Shown one piece after another: positions 38,816 to 51,299 of a DNA stretch of 64,000 bases. The stretch's first letter is position 1, and each line of letters starts with the position of its first letter. A model generated the notes under the pieces. The model made no database searches. It was not told the origin of the DNA and saw only the letters and a list, made by a program, of their open reading frames with translations. The position numbers and the translations under genes were made by a program. This DNA comes from Antechinus flavipes (lineage: Eukaryota), in NCBI RefSeq assembly GCF_016432865.1, contig NC_067402.1:201376001-201440000 (forward strand). Reading direction: 5' to 3'.

Positions 38816-39334
38816 AAATTCATATGGACTACTTGTGCTCAACTTGTGCCAGAACATTCTAAGCTCATATTGATCTGATCAGTCACTGTACCTTGATTCT
38901 AACATGTTGAATAATTTGTTTTAACATGGGCGGAAAAGAGGAAAGATATAATGAAAATTGCTTTATAGACTATACTTGTATCTATTTATAGGGAGAGAAA
39001 CCGGAGGCAAGATAGATGACCAATCCAATCACAAAATGGGAATTTCAAACACTTGATGAGGATTTTGATACATGGCTCTATTTGTAAAGAATTTGTTTCC
39101 TCTGTTGTTTAAAATAATTTCCAAGAATAAGGTCAAACACATCTTTTACCTGAATATCCCTGTGCTTCATTTTTTTCTCCATCTAGGATAATGCCGTAAT
39201 ACATTATGACATTAATACATAGTATTAATTATCCATTTTATACTTATCCATTTTATAAAGATTTAAAGAACAATAGAATTACAGAGCATGAAGGGACTTC
39301 AATAGTCATCTAATTCAAAACTTAATAATTTCCA

Positions 39335-39895
39335 TTTGAACTGTCTTGGGAAGATTCTGAAGATCACCTGGCAGGATAAGGTACTAGACATTGGGGTCCT
39401 TCTCGAACTAAACTGCCAAACATTCCAACTCAACTCCATTGGGCCAGGCACATTGTTTAAAGGCCAAATGTACGCTTGCCAAAAAGATTATTTTATGGAG
39501 AACTCACACAGGACAAGCATTCACAAGGTGGTCCAAAAAAGTAATATAAAGACACTCTCAAAGTCTCTCTTAAGAATTTTAGAACTGATTGCACAATATG
39601 GGAAACATTGATACAAGACCACCAAACATGGCGTGCCCTCATCAGAGAAGCATCCGTGACCTATGAGCAAAACAAAATTGGAACAGTTCAAAAGCACTAC
39701 AAGATATGCAAAGTTAGAGAATTCACTCCAAATGTTCATAGGGACTACTTGTGCCCGACCTATGGCAGAGCATTCCAAGTTAATAATTATCTGATTAGCT
39801 ACAGTTGGATACTCTATAACTTGACTCTATCATAGTGATGTCATGTGGTCCTCCATGAGAATGAAGGACATCAAAAAATCAATAAACCAACCAAC
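39335..39895 (+). mobile_element. RTE-clade LINE, 3' part (RT C-terminus and 3'UTR)
   Basis: Translation NCLGKILKITWQDKV..., later QDHQTWRALIREA...; ends in gagaatgaaggaca...(ccaa)n, a typical marsupial RTE tail. Confidence 0.9.
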
Positions 39896-39949
39896 CTGTC
39901 CAATACCTTACCAAAAAATAATAATTCCCACAGTAGCACATCTAACTTC

Positions 39950-41510
39950 TATCTTTGCTTAAAGACCTCCATTGAGTTTGACTACTTCTTAAAGCAGGTT
40001 TCCCCATTTTTTCAATAGTTCCAGTTGTGAGAGAGGTTTTCTTACATCAAACCTAAATTTGCTGCCTTTCTGCAAGTTCCACACATGGTTCCTAGTTCTG
40101 CCTTTTGTGATAAAACAAGACAAATTAAATCACTCTTCCATATGTCAGGATTTTAGGTATCCAATATAGGGTATCATTTCCTCCTGAATCTTTTATTCTG
40201 CAGGCTGAACATCCCCTGATCCTTCAAAATGGGTACAATCACTGTTGGTGAAGTTGTGAATGGAGCCAGCCATTCTGGAGAGCGATTTGGAACTATGCTT
40301 AAAAAGTTATCACACTGTGCATACCCTTTGATCCAGCAGTGTTTCTACTAGGCTTATACCCCAAAGAGATACTAAAGAAGGGAAAGGGACCTGTATGTGC
40401 CAAAATGTTTGTGGCAGCTTTTTGTAATGGCCAGAAACTGGAAACTGAGTGGATGCCCATCAATGGGGGAATGGCTGAATAAATTATGATGTATGAATAT
40501 TATGGAATATTATTGTTCTGTAAGAAATGACCAGCAGGATGAATACAGAGAGATTTGGAGAGACTTACATGAACTGATGCTAAGTGAAATGAGCAGAACC
40601 AGGATATCATTATACACGGCAACAAGATTATACAATGAGCAATTTTGATGGACGTGGCTCTCTTCAACAATGAGATGATTAAAATCAGTTCCAATGATCT
40701 TATGATGAGAGCCATCTACACCCAAAGAGAGGATTGTGACAACTGAGTGTGCACCACAGCATAGCCTTTTCACTCTTTCCGTTGTTGTTTGCTTATATTT
40801 TGTTTTCTTTCTCAGTTTTTTCTCTTCTTGATCCAATTTTTCTTGTGCAGCAAGATAACTATAAATATGTATACATATATTAGATTTAACATATATTTTA
40901 ACATATTTAACATGTGTTGAATTGCCTGTCATTTAAGGGAGGGAGATGAGCAAAGGAGCAAAAAATCTGGAACACAAGGTTTTGTAAGGGTTAATGTTGA
41001 AAAATTACCCATGCATATGCTTTGTAAATAAAAAGCTTTAATTTTAAAAAGTAAAAATTCTTCAAGGTATAGATTCTTCAAGGCTCTTCATTGTTGTGGT
41101 TGTCTGACTTTCTGAATGCTCTTCAGCTGTTCAATGTGGTGTTCAAAACTTAATGCAATAGAACAATAGCTTTCTGTTCATAAGACAAATGGACTTATTA
41201 GTTTATTATTACTAGAATCTATTCCTTTCTTAATTCAGACCAAGATTATATTAGCTTTCTTGATTAAAATATTATACTGTTGACTTTGCTTGTCCATTGT
41301 AAACTCATTATTTTTTTTCAGATAAATTTGTCTACCCATGCTTCCCCTATCTTATATGAAGTTTATTTCTTGGACTCAAGTGTAATATTTAAAATTTGCT
41401 CATATTATATCTTATTACATTTGGTTCAAGTTTTTAACTTGGGAAGACCCTTTTGAATATTGTCATCCAGTGCATCTCTCTCAGCTTTGTGTCATCTAAA
41501 TTTAATTCAC
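39950..41510 (-). mobile_element. CR1/L3 fragment split by an L1 insertion
   Basis: Antisense CR1-like sequence at 39950-40228 (ttttcttacatcaaacctaaattt) resumes at 41055-41510 (ccagtgcatctctctcagctttgtgtcatc). Confidence 0.7.
40229..41054 (+). mobile_element. 5'-truncated L1 3' end, relatively well preserved
   Basis: ORF2 C-terminus and 3'UTR near-identical in layout to 8678-9298 and 20215-20575. Confidence 0.92.
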
Positions 41511-41639
41511 TAAATGTTCACTAAAAATTCACCAGATTTTGTTCTCAAGAATCTCACATATATGTAGAAAATTAATTGTAAAACATATGTAAGATATTTT
41601 CTGATGAAAGAGCAAAATAATTTCTAGTGATAATATAAT

Positions 41640-42740
41640 AGATTTCTTGTAGGATGTCACATTTGAGCTGAGCATTGAAGGAAGCCCAGGATTCCATGAG
41701 GAGGAGGCATGGAGGATACTTCTGGCAATAGCTTAGAGAAAGGCAATGGAATGGTATGCACAGATAATAGCATGTAGACCAATTTGGTTAGAAGGTAGAG
41801 TAACATGCAAGAAGACAAAAAAGGCAAGTCAGGTTGGAAAGGCAGAGGACTTTGTATTTTATATTAAAGGCAAAAAGATAACATTGGGCTTCTGAATGAT
41901 GAAAGGGAGTATAACATCTGTACTATAAGAATATCAATGTCTTCATAACAAAAATTTGGCAGCTCCATAGAACTAAATCTCTGGATTAGAGGGAGGAGCA
42001 AGTGAGAGATTGCTAGGAAATTCAGGAAAGAAATGATGAAAGTTTGAAGTGAGAGACTGTGTGAATATAAAGAAGGGGAGAGATGAAAGACATGTCGTTA
42101 AATTAGAATTGCCAAGACTTGACAACTAACTGGGTATGAGGAGTGAGAGAGAGACATCAAGGAAAACGGAGGGTGAAAAACTGAGTACCTAAAATGATGG
42201 TAAAACCCTTAACAGAAATAAAGACTACAAGAAGAGGAAAGGATCTGGGAAAGAGATAATGAGTTCCTTTGTGAAGAGGTTGAAGAATTTACTTTGCCTC
42301 TAGGAATCCAGTTGTCTACTAGTGTTTGGTGATAAGGGGCTAAAGTTCAAAAAAGAGGCTTTGGGTGGAAATAAATAGATTATAGAAAGATACATACATA
42401 CATACATACATAGAAGATATGAATATATAGTGTGTATATTTGGAAATCATCTGCACAGAGATGATATTTGAACTCAGCAAGAAAGAATGTAGATATAGGG
42501 AGGTAAAAAGGGAGAGGGGTTAGTACATAGGTCTGGCTTATACCTATGGGACCAGGATAATGATCTTGTAAAGGAGAATGGGGGGAAAAAGCCAGATAAG
42601 TAGGAGAGAATGTGCCACAAATACATAGGAAAAAGCAGAGGCAGAGTGTAAGTTGCTGCTTAAAGGTCATGAAGAATAAACTCTGAGAAATGATTATTCA
42701 TTAAAAAAATTAGTAGATCACCAATAATCTGTATAGCTTG
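41640..42740 (-). mobile_element. L2 fragment
   Basis: Purine-rich antisense L2 (ggatgtcacatttgagctgagcattgaagga; gataatgagttcc; gagatgatatttgaactc). Confidence 0.75.
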
Positions 42741-44689
42741 AATTGACTGGCCTGTTGGGTATAGAGGGCAGTCCTTGGAGCATTTGTAGATACTTGTGGA
42801 TACTTATAGTAAATCTGTTTCCAGTCATGTGAAACTAAAGGATTTGTACTGTATGATGATTTTTTTAAAAAAGTGTTCTAATCGGCTTTGATCCAGAAGA
42901 ACTGATGACTCAGGGATTGCTAAGCTGGAACTTTATGGCTATACAAAAATAGTTTCTTCTCTTTCTCTTTTTTTTCTTTGTAACTTTGAGCAAGGCAGGA
43001 ATACTCTGTGTTGCCTTCTTAAGAGCCAGGTGATGGAAGAGCTCTTACTTTTTCTTCTAATTTGATAAAGTAGTTTTCAATCACATATCTGCTTCTGGGT
43101 CTTTGTGTTGGGCAAATGAGTATTCCAAGATAGAAGTTCCTATGAGACATTTTGAATTCAGAAAGCCAGAGGTCCCATTAAATGTCTCATTTAGCCACAA
43201 CGGGGACCATTAGACTAGTAATGTTCAATGACAGTAGAAGTAGCCACATACTGATGCAAAAAGGCAGAGACACTTGTAGATACTTGTGACTTCAATGTGT
43301 GTGACTCCTTAAAGTAGAAAGAAATACTAGACTGATTCTAGAAAGATGACAGTCCTTGGAGCTCAAAAGGGACCTGCACCTAAAGGAAAATTCATGAGGA
43401 CTCCATGACAAAGAAAAGAACTTTTAGTGCAAGGAGCAGTGAGTTAACCCTTTTCCACATGTATTCTCTACTATGCCTCAGGACATTAGAAATTTAACTT
43501 TATATCTATTCTTTCCATAGTTGCTATGTTTATGGAAGGGCATGTCCTAGACTTTTTGGGGGGCACTACTATTTTTGCTATACCATTTTAGTAAATATTT
43601 TGGTTAATAACCAATTGTGAGCAATAGTATTAGAAACCAAATTATTCAGTCTCCTCTAGAACTTTGTATGTATTACTCAGACATCCTTGGAGGAACTAGT
43701 CTGTCCATTGAAATCAGAATTGTGGGGAAATGACCTGAAGAAAGTCCTATACCTACAAATTTAATAAGCATGCTGTCTGGCCCTCTACCCTTTTATGCAA
43801 TCTATTTATTTTTGAAAATGATAAAGAGCATAAGATTCTACATAGATCCTCTGGGCACTCCATTAAGAGACATCTGTCCAAGTTGATTCTCTAAGGATTA
43901 TTAAAACATTACAGCAAGGCACTCTCCAAGTATAATGTTCTAAATATGGGGTGTAAAACAGTCCATAAAGGTTTTGTTCTCCTCTAGAATAAGTGGGTGT
44001 CCAAAGCACACACATTAAGTAACAAAAATAGTTTCTATTTAAGATGTTTTGACTTGTGCATTGTCAGTCATCAAACAGATACACTAAGCAGATGACAGCA
44101 TCATAAATGTGTCTAGCTGAGGTTGTGTAGCAACTACTCACATGAAAAAAAGTTGGCAGGAAGCATGCTAGATGCTATTTATATGCAGAAAAGGGCTTTG
44201 TACATTACATTCCCTTATGTGTGACTTCAGACATGGACACATACTTCAGGAAGATATGTTCTTGTTCTAATTATGGAAATGATCTAATTGATCAAATTAC
44301 TTGCCACATAACTTGCATTACTGTTGAAGCTGTGGGTGATTCTGGGATAATGGAAACGAAGACTATAATATCCAGAAAACAGAGACTTCAAATCAAGTTC
44401 TTTGATGCAATAACTGAAAATTACCAGCCATTTCTTTGAGCCTTGAAGAAATGAATAGTTGGGGTGAAGACAAATTTTCAAGTAAAGATGAATAGAACAT
44501 TTCTTATCTTCAAAAAACAACCTCATTTTTTGTTTTTACTTATTAGTACAAGTTTAAAGCTTAAAAAAAGCTGTCAATGACATTGCAAGGAAAAGAAGGC
44601 ATGACAGTATTCTGAAATATTTGATCTCAGATACTGATGTATATCCAATTTTATTTTACAATGTTCATTCTTGCTGGTTGTCTGATGTA

Positions 44690-44885
44690 TTTGATAGGGA
44701 TCACAAATTTAGAATTCAAAGTTGCCCCAGTGATGATTAAGTCTAATCTTTTAATTTTATAAATGGGAAAACTGAGGTTCAGTAAAGTTAAGGACTTATC
44801 CAGAGGCACACAGATGTTACTGATATTTGAACTCAGGTCTCCTAATTTCAAGTCCAACATTTTCTCCATTACGCTATACTGCCTT
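44690..44885 (-). mobile_element. MIR/MIR3 SINE
   Basis: aaatgggaaaactgaggttcag...gatatttgaactcaggtctcctaatttcaagtcc. Confidence 0.8.
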
Positions 44886-45038
44886 CTAATTTATTGATGT
44901 GGTAGTTGGTTCTAACTGTCTCAGATTCCTTTTTCCCTTTGGAAAGGTACATTACATTGTGGTCATTTATACAGGTAACTATACATGATGAACTTTTTCT
45001 ATTCAAGGTTTTTTTACCAGTAATTTACCAATTAATCC

Positions 45039-45190
45039 TTTTTTTTTTTTTTTCTTAAGGCAATTGGGGTTGTGAGACTTGCCCAGGGTCACACAGTTAG
45101 TAGGTCTTTAAGTGTGTGAGGCAGAATTTGAATTAAGGCTCTTCTGACTTCGGGGCTGGTGCCCTATCCAGTGTGCTATCTAGTTACCCC
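45039..45190 (-). mobile_element. WSINE1-type SINE with poly(A)
   Basis: (T)n-aaggcaattgggg...gacttgcccagggtcacacag...ctatccagtgtgctatctagttacccc. Confidence 0.9.
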
Positions 45191-45234
45191 CTGTTAAATC
45201 CATTCTCATTAGTCACCACATCTCTTCTTTCAAA

Positions 45235-45430
45235 AAAGGGAGGCAACTTGATACAATAAAGAGCAGTGGATTTAAAAGCAGAGGACTTTGCTTCAAATTC
45301 CAGTTCTGCTGTCTACTTTTTGCAAGAACTCAGATGATTCACTTTGCTGCTGAGGGCCTGTTTCTTTATCAACAAAATGAAGGGATTGACCTTGATGATC
45401 TCAAAAATTTTATCTTGCTCTAAATCTGTT
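45235..45430 (+). mobile_element. MIR3-like SINE
   Basis: agagcagtggattt...ggactttgcttcaaattccagttctgct...caaaatgaagggattgac...ttgctctaaatct. Confidence 0.7.
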
Positions 45431-45730
45431 ACTCTATAATAAACATGCTAAATGATATTATTTCATCTACAGGTGAATTTGGTAAGAAGAGAATTTGATT
45501 TTCAATTTAATGAATATCTATTAAATGTCTATAAGATGCTATACTAAGTTTTGGAGTATTCAAGGATAAATTGTTCTCTGAATCTGAAATGCTCATCAGA
45601 TAAGAGAAAAGATAGAATAAGGAATAGAAGTTGAACCAATGATTTCATTTGGTATAAAGAACTCTCAGGCGAGTAAACTCCCTTTTCCAGTTCAAACTGG
45701 AAACTTCTCTTTAATTTATAGACTTAGAAC

Positions 45731-45970
45731 TGGAGTTCTTAACATAGTGTTACTGGAATTCCAATCTGTAGATCTTAGAGGATCTGTGAACTTGAATGGG
45801 GAAAAATTACATCTTTATTTCAACATAACTGATTTCCTTTGTAATCTTATATTTTTGTTCAGTTAAAAAACATTCTTCTAAAAATAAAATAAAATAAAAA
45901 ACATTCTTCTGAAAAGGATTCCATAAACTTCATCACACTGCTATAGAGATCTGTGACACAAAAAAAAGGT
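45731..45970 (+). mobile_element. hAT-Charlie4-like non-autonomous element
   Basis: ggagttcttaac...aaaattacatcttt...ttcctttgtaatc...aaaaacatt.ttctga...gacacaaaaaaaaggt matches the recalled Charlie4 layout. Confidence 0.75.
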
Positions 45971-46512
45971 GTCTTGTTAAAAAATATACAGCCAAGTATG
46001 TGTCATAGGTGAGACTCAAATCAGGTTTTCTTATCATCGGTAACATCCACTATGACATGTTTCTCTCAGAAAAATATGTCTGTAAAAATATGTACATATG
46101 TTTTACACACACACACACATATACAAATTCAAAGCAGAATAAGAAACTATATCAGTTGTTTGAATTCTATGACAACTCATAGAAATGAAAGAATGAGAAA
46201 TCATTTCTGGCAGACAGAGAAAGTTACATGGAGATGAGTTTTGGGTAAAGGCTGTACAAAAAGATCATCCTCTACAATGGGATTTGAAAATGATATGCAA
46301 ATGTTCTAATGATAAGTTTAAATGCTTTTATGTAGGTCTCAATATTTTGATAGCTCTTCTCCCTTCAGGAACAGAAGGGGGCATGGCTGGCTCACACAAA
46401 CCCAGCATAATAGAATGTGCCATCGAAGCACATGAGAATGTTGAGCTGTCATTTTGTCACTTGAGTCTCAGATTCCTAGAACCACTGGTTGGTCTTAAGG
46501 CTTGCTAAATTC

Positions 46513-46514
<2 letters not shown>

Positions 46515-46543
<29 letters not shown>
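46515..46543. repeat. Poly-T run (29 nt)
   Basis: Directly visible; followed by gccacctaacag. Confidence 0.95.
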
Positions 46544-46545
<2 letters not shown>

Positions 46546-47399
46546 CACCTAACAGTGTGGTGACCCAGTTGATTTTCTTCATGCGTCATCTTCTATTCTT
46601 TCACCAGCTTGACATTTTTCCCTTATGACTCTCTGCTTGTTTGTGTGTTTTGGCTTGGTTATGTGTGTCCCACATTATTTTGCACCAAGACTTCAGTTAC
46701 TGATTCAGAGATTTTATCATCTCAATCCCATGTGCAAGGTCCAGTATTTTGGCCCCTGGATAGTCACCTCTTATCTACCTCAGGCAGGCAGCCTAAATAG
46801 TAGCACAAAATGTTCAAAAGTCAAATGTTACATTAAAAAAAAATTAAAACTTTGCCGTCAAAGACTATATTTCCAAATGAGGACAAAGGGAACAGAAAAT
46901 ACTAATAATATGATGTACACTTTAAATGCTTACTACATGCAAAGTACATCTCCCCCTCAGACATAGTCAAAAATAGTCCAGCACCCAGAGACTAAATGAC
47001 CTAGTAAATGCAATGCCCCCAGGCTGCCTTCCTGCTTCCAGCCTGGCTCATACAGCTATCATCAGCAAGAACAATTGTTTGTGGAAGATACCTGACATAC
47101 CCAATGCCTCCAGCTTCAAGCACAGACCAACTGTTGCTGACAGGAAGGTAAGCCAAGAGTTCAGACCCAAATCTGACACCAATTAACCCTTTGTAAAGCC
47201 TTTAACTCTCATGTAGATGCTACCTCTCAACTGTATCGGCAAAAGCTACTATCTCTGACCTTTTATTTGCTAAACCACTGAAAACCTAGAAAAGGAAGCT
47301 TTTGTTATTGAAGTCCTCAGCACCATCAAATAGTCCAACATCAGAAATAGATATTTTTAAATTGGTGGAAGTTACATTAAAGTAAATTATTAACATCTG

Positions 47400-47720
47400 C
47401 TTTGCCTCTGTACCCTAAGGACCACTGGATCTTTCTTTTTCATTTACAGCCCAAACCCTCAATGTATGTTGCTTTACTTCTTGAGAACAGTTATTTGCCT
47501 TGCTTTTCTTTTTATATTCTAACTGCTTGGTACAAAGTAAATACTTATAGATTTTTCATTCATTCATGCGTTTGTTCATTACTCACTTACTGTGCTAAAC
47601 AGCAAGGGAAGTCAATATTTAAATAGGATAGTTCCTGCTTTCATGTGGTTCAGTCTACTGGAGAACATGATATGGATGTAAATAATTATCATGCATTATG
47701 GGAGGAAAGAGAGCAAATAA
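47400..47720. mobile_element. L2 3' ends, tail-to-tail
   Basis: A plus-strand L2 tail (ttggtacaaagtaaatactt) abuts a minus-strand tail (ttcattcattc...tactgtgctaaac...tcctgctttcatgtggttcagtctact). Confidence 0.6.
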
Positions 47721-48479
47721 TGAATTATGAGAGTAAATGAGGATGTCCTGAAACTTTTCTCACAGGATTGTTTCCCCTGAAAGAAGTCAAATAGAGAAAA
47801 TATAGACTAAGTGAAGCCATATATAAATTATATATACATATCATATCTTTTTATATAATTATAAAAAGATATAGGAAAGATATAGACCTTGGCTAGCTAA
47901 TACTTTTTGATTGTGCCTAGTTCTTGCTAGACAATCTTAATCTATCATCTCTTCTGTTGATCCCAACTAACAGGCTACTTTTCTACTTAGTTAGTAGGTC
48001 AGAAAGAGTTACAGGTATACATTTTCCAAATCAGAGGCCAAGAAAAGTACTTTCATTACAGGAAACAGACTCGACAGACTCTTTCTCATGGGCTTTGCAT
48101 TAGCTGTGGTAGGAGCAATAGCTCAACTCTTGTCCTCGTGAAAGAGAGAATAGGATTCCTTTTTCCTTAAAAGTTATTGAGACTGTCTTGAAGACTTGTT
48201 AAGTCAAGTGACAAAAAAACTCAAGTCTATTGACATCACTTCTTCATTGCCTGAGCCACAAGATGCTCTAGGTACTTTCAGATGCTTGACTAGTAGATCA
48301 TAACTCAGACAAAAAAGCTTTGTTCAATAAAATCAGTTGAGGGATCCTCAATCCTATGCTTGTTGATTGGTTCTGCAATGGTTAAGTAAATTTCCTTTTT
48401 AAAATCAAAGTCTGGAGTAGAATTTATTATGTAAAAAACAGGGTAGTAATTATAAGCTCAAAGTTAAAGGCCAAAGAGA

Positions 48480-49530
48480 AAAACAAGGAAACTATACTGT
48501 GTATCAGCAATATTATTTAAAATAACTAGATAGTATAAAATACCTGATAGTGTATGTCTGCCAGAACAGACACAGGAACTATATGAATATGAACCCAAGA
48601 CACTTTTTATACAAATAAAATCAGATCTAAATAATTGAAGTAACACATTCTTTTTAGATAAACTAAAGCCAGTATAATTTTTAATGATAATTTTACATAG
48701 CTAATCGATTTAATGCCATCCCAAATAAATTGCTAACAATTTCTCTTATTGAATTAGGAAAAATAACAACACAGTTCATTTGGAATGACAAAAGAACTTC
48801 AAAGAAACCAGAAAAAAAGATGTAGAGGAAACAGACCTTAAACTAGATTATGAGGTGAGAGCATTGCTGAAATATAAAATGGATATTTTTGATTATTTTA
48901 AAATTAAAATTTTCTTGTACAAGTAAAAGCTATGCAATTAAGAATAAAAGGAATGTAGAAAATTGAGGGGGGGAATTTTCACAAACAATTTCTTTGACAA
49001 GATATGATTTGACTGGAATATTGCTGTGGTGAGGAAAATGATGAACTGGTTAATTTAGAAAAACATGGAAAGACTTGGACTTATGAAGGAAGATGCTATC
49101 CATCTTCAGAGAAACAGATGAGTAGTGGAAATAAGCATAGAATAATCTTACATATGTGTGTTTGAATGTATATGTATATATGTGTCCATGTTTAGAGATA
49201 TCTCTTTTCACATGTGTATATATGTTTTATGTGCATGTATATCTGCTCTTAATTGTAGCCTTCTTAAGGTGGGGGTAGGGCTGAAAGGGGAAAAATAAAG
49301 TAAAAATATACAACGTAGAAGAAAAAACCTACAAGAAAATTTTTAAAAAAGTTGGGCCATTTGGAAAACAATGTGTAAGTACTTATTATATGCATTTTCT
49401 TGAAATGAAAATTTATTGTTTTATATTGAATCCTCTCATGTATTACTATACATAGCAACATTTTTTTCTTTTCCTGTTTTGTATTTGTTTCAAATAAAAT
49501 ATATTTACAAAAGAAGGGAGGAAAAGTAAA
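48480..49530 (+). mobile_element. Old L1 ORF2 fragments and 3'UTR
   Basis: ORF2 pieces (acaaataaaatcagatctaaataattg; tttaatgccatcccaaat; gttcatttggaatgacaaaag), then a 3' end homologous to 36200-36725. Confidence 0.8.
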
Positions 49531-49759
49531 TCTTACTTTGTTAACTTGAAAAACATACAAATATTTCCTTTTGTTCAAGTATCAAATTTACCAGTCCCTT
49601 AAGTCAGGCCTATGTCCTAATAATTGGTGTAGTTGATAGGATTGAAACAGAATGAGCTCAATGACTGAAAGATGTGTAATGTAGAGGAAGGGAAGCTTGA
49701 ATTAGCTCCTATATATCTAGTACCATTTGGGGTATTAATGATGAAGAAGAAGATGATGA

Positions 49760-49945
49760 TATTAAAAGTTTACATAGGGTAAATATACTCCAGGCCCTGA
49801 ACTAAGTTCAATTCAGCTATTATCTCATTTTATACTCACAACAACTGTGTGAGGTAAATGTTATTATTATTTCCATTTTACAGAGAAGCAAACTAAGGCA
49901 AATAGTGGTTGAATGACTTTTCTAGGGTCACACAGATAAGTATCA
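49760..49945 (-). mobile_element. MIR SINE
   Basis: tcacaacaactgtgtgaggtaaatgttattattatttccattttacagagaagcaaactaaggc. Confidence 0.85.
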
Positions 49946-50183
49946 AGGTAATGACTTTCAAGATTGATTGCTTCCTGGGGATTAGAAAGTAAACTAATTA
50001 TGGTCATTCAGCAAGAAGAGATTTATGTTAGTCTTTCCTGAATCCTTAAAAACTGCATTTTAATTATATTTGTGATCAATTTAGGTCTTCCTTCTTGCTG
50101 TCGGCCCTTCTACTCAGTATTTTAAGCAACACACAAGATCTACTAGTGAATTTCTTCAGAATCCAGTTAACTTTAAAAGCAAC

Positions 50184-50928
50184 ATGGAGAGACTAAAATT
50201 TGGGGGATAGGATCTTTCCCAATCTCTAGAAATGGCTAAAAAAAATTTGTGTCTGTCCTGGCTGGACTTGGATACTTTGCATTACTGATGATCATCATCA
50301 CTTACTTGCCAGGGGAAAGACTTACTGAAAGAAGGTCCTTGTGATCTTTCACACATATTTGTGTGGAAATGGAGAAGGAAATCAAGTTTTGAAGGACTTT
50401 TTGGAAATAGCAATGCAGCTGAACAAGAAGTGCTATCATTGTATCTGGACATAAACAACCATCCAGATAGTGTTGTTTGTCTTTCGTATTTAAAGATGGT
50501 CAATGACATCACAAACTGATTTCTTGATCGGCATGAATCAGATTTAAGAGAAGCAGAGTTGCACAAAATTGTCAGCCTCGATCTCTTTTCCAATCATCAA
50601 AGTTCAGTGGCAAGAAAAAAGCCAGGACGACTGGCAATGGCCTTGGATGCAGTGGAAGACCTTGACATCCTCCTAACTCACCATTCTGAGTTCTGAGATC
50701 ATTACCTTCAACCTGGTTTGCCCATTTATTGACCAGGTATGGCCCCTGCATAAACTAGCTTGTTATGCTTGTTAGAGCCACAAGTGAGAGTTGAGTGACA
50801 GGTAAAGACCACGGGTAGATGAGCAGCCCTGAAAAAGGCTCAGCAAATCCTCAAATGTGATAATACCAGACAGGGAAGATCATGGGAATTTCAGTATTAT
50901 CAACAACTTTGTTGAAGGAATCATTTAA
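50184..50928 (+). pseudogene. Unidentified decayed coding-like segment (candidate retrocopy or endogenous viral element)
   Basis: Kozak-like aacATGG at 50184. One frame reads protein-like for ~207 codons (50292-50912) with six internal stops, five of them TGA. A second frame ends ...DREDHGNFSIINNFVEGII-TAA at 50928, with AATAAA ~40 nt later. It matches no repeat I recognise, and the parent is not identified. Confidence 0.45.
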
Positions 50929-51299
50929 ATTTGGTGTATTTGTTTTTGAGTTGGTATTTGAGCCCAATAAACTCTCAAAACTCATGAGAACTTTGGTGCA
51001 AATTATTGGGAAAAATACTCTGTTAAGTAGCCTGATAAAATGCAGGGATTTTCTGTCAGTACCTGGCTCTGGTATGGGATCAAGCATCAGTAGTCCCCAC
51101 ACCTGGCACTAGAGGGCAACAATAGCACAAACCTGCAGGAGGTATTTGCTGAGGGGTGGGGAGGGGAAGTTGGAAGAGACCCTTGTTGTGCTAGTGTGAT
51201 CAATCAGCAGTGCTGTGCCCTAGCGGAAGTTCAAGCCTTGGTATGGGCAATTGTCCTGCCTCTGTGTAGGGGAGACCAGTTGGCCCTGGCAGAGTAGAC

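Noticed and set aside
42850-42910. C/D-box snoRNA-like pair (ATGATGA...CTGA)
   Set aside because: There is no convincing terminal stem, I recognise no rRNA or snRNA complementarity, and no host gene is established.
50282-50593. Minus-strand ORFs (103, 83 and 68 aa) in the 50-51 kb block as the real coding strand
   Set aside because: They are in disjoint pieces with no recognisable motifs, and the 51200-51406 ORF is partly antisense to the RTE fragment. The plus strand has the start context, TGA-biased stops and polyA signal.
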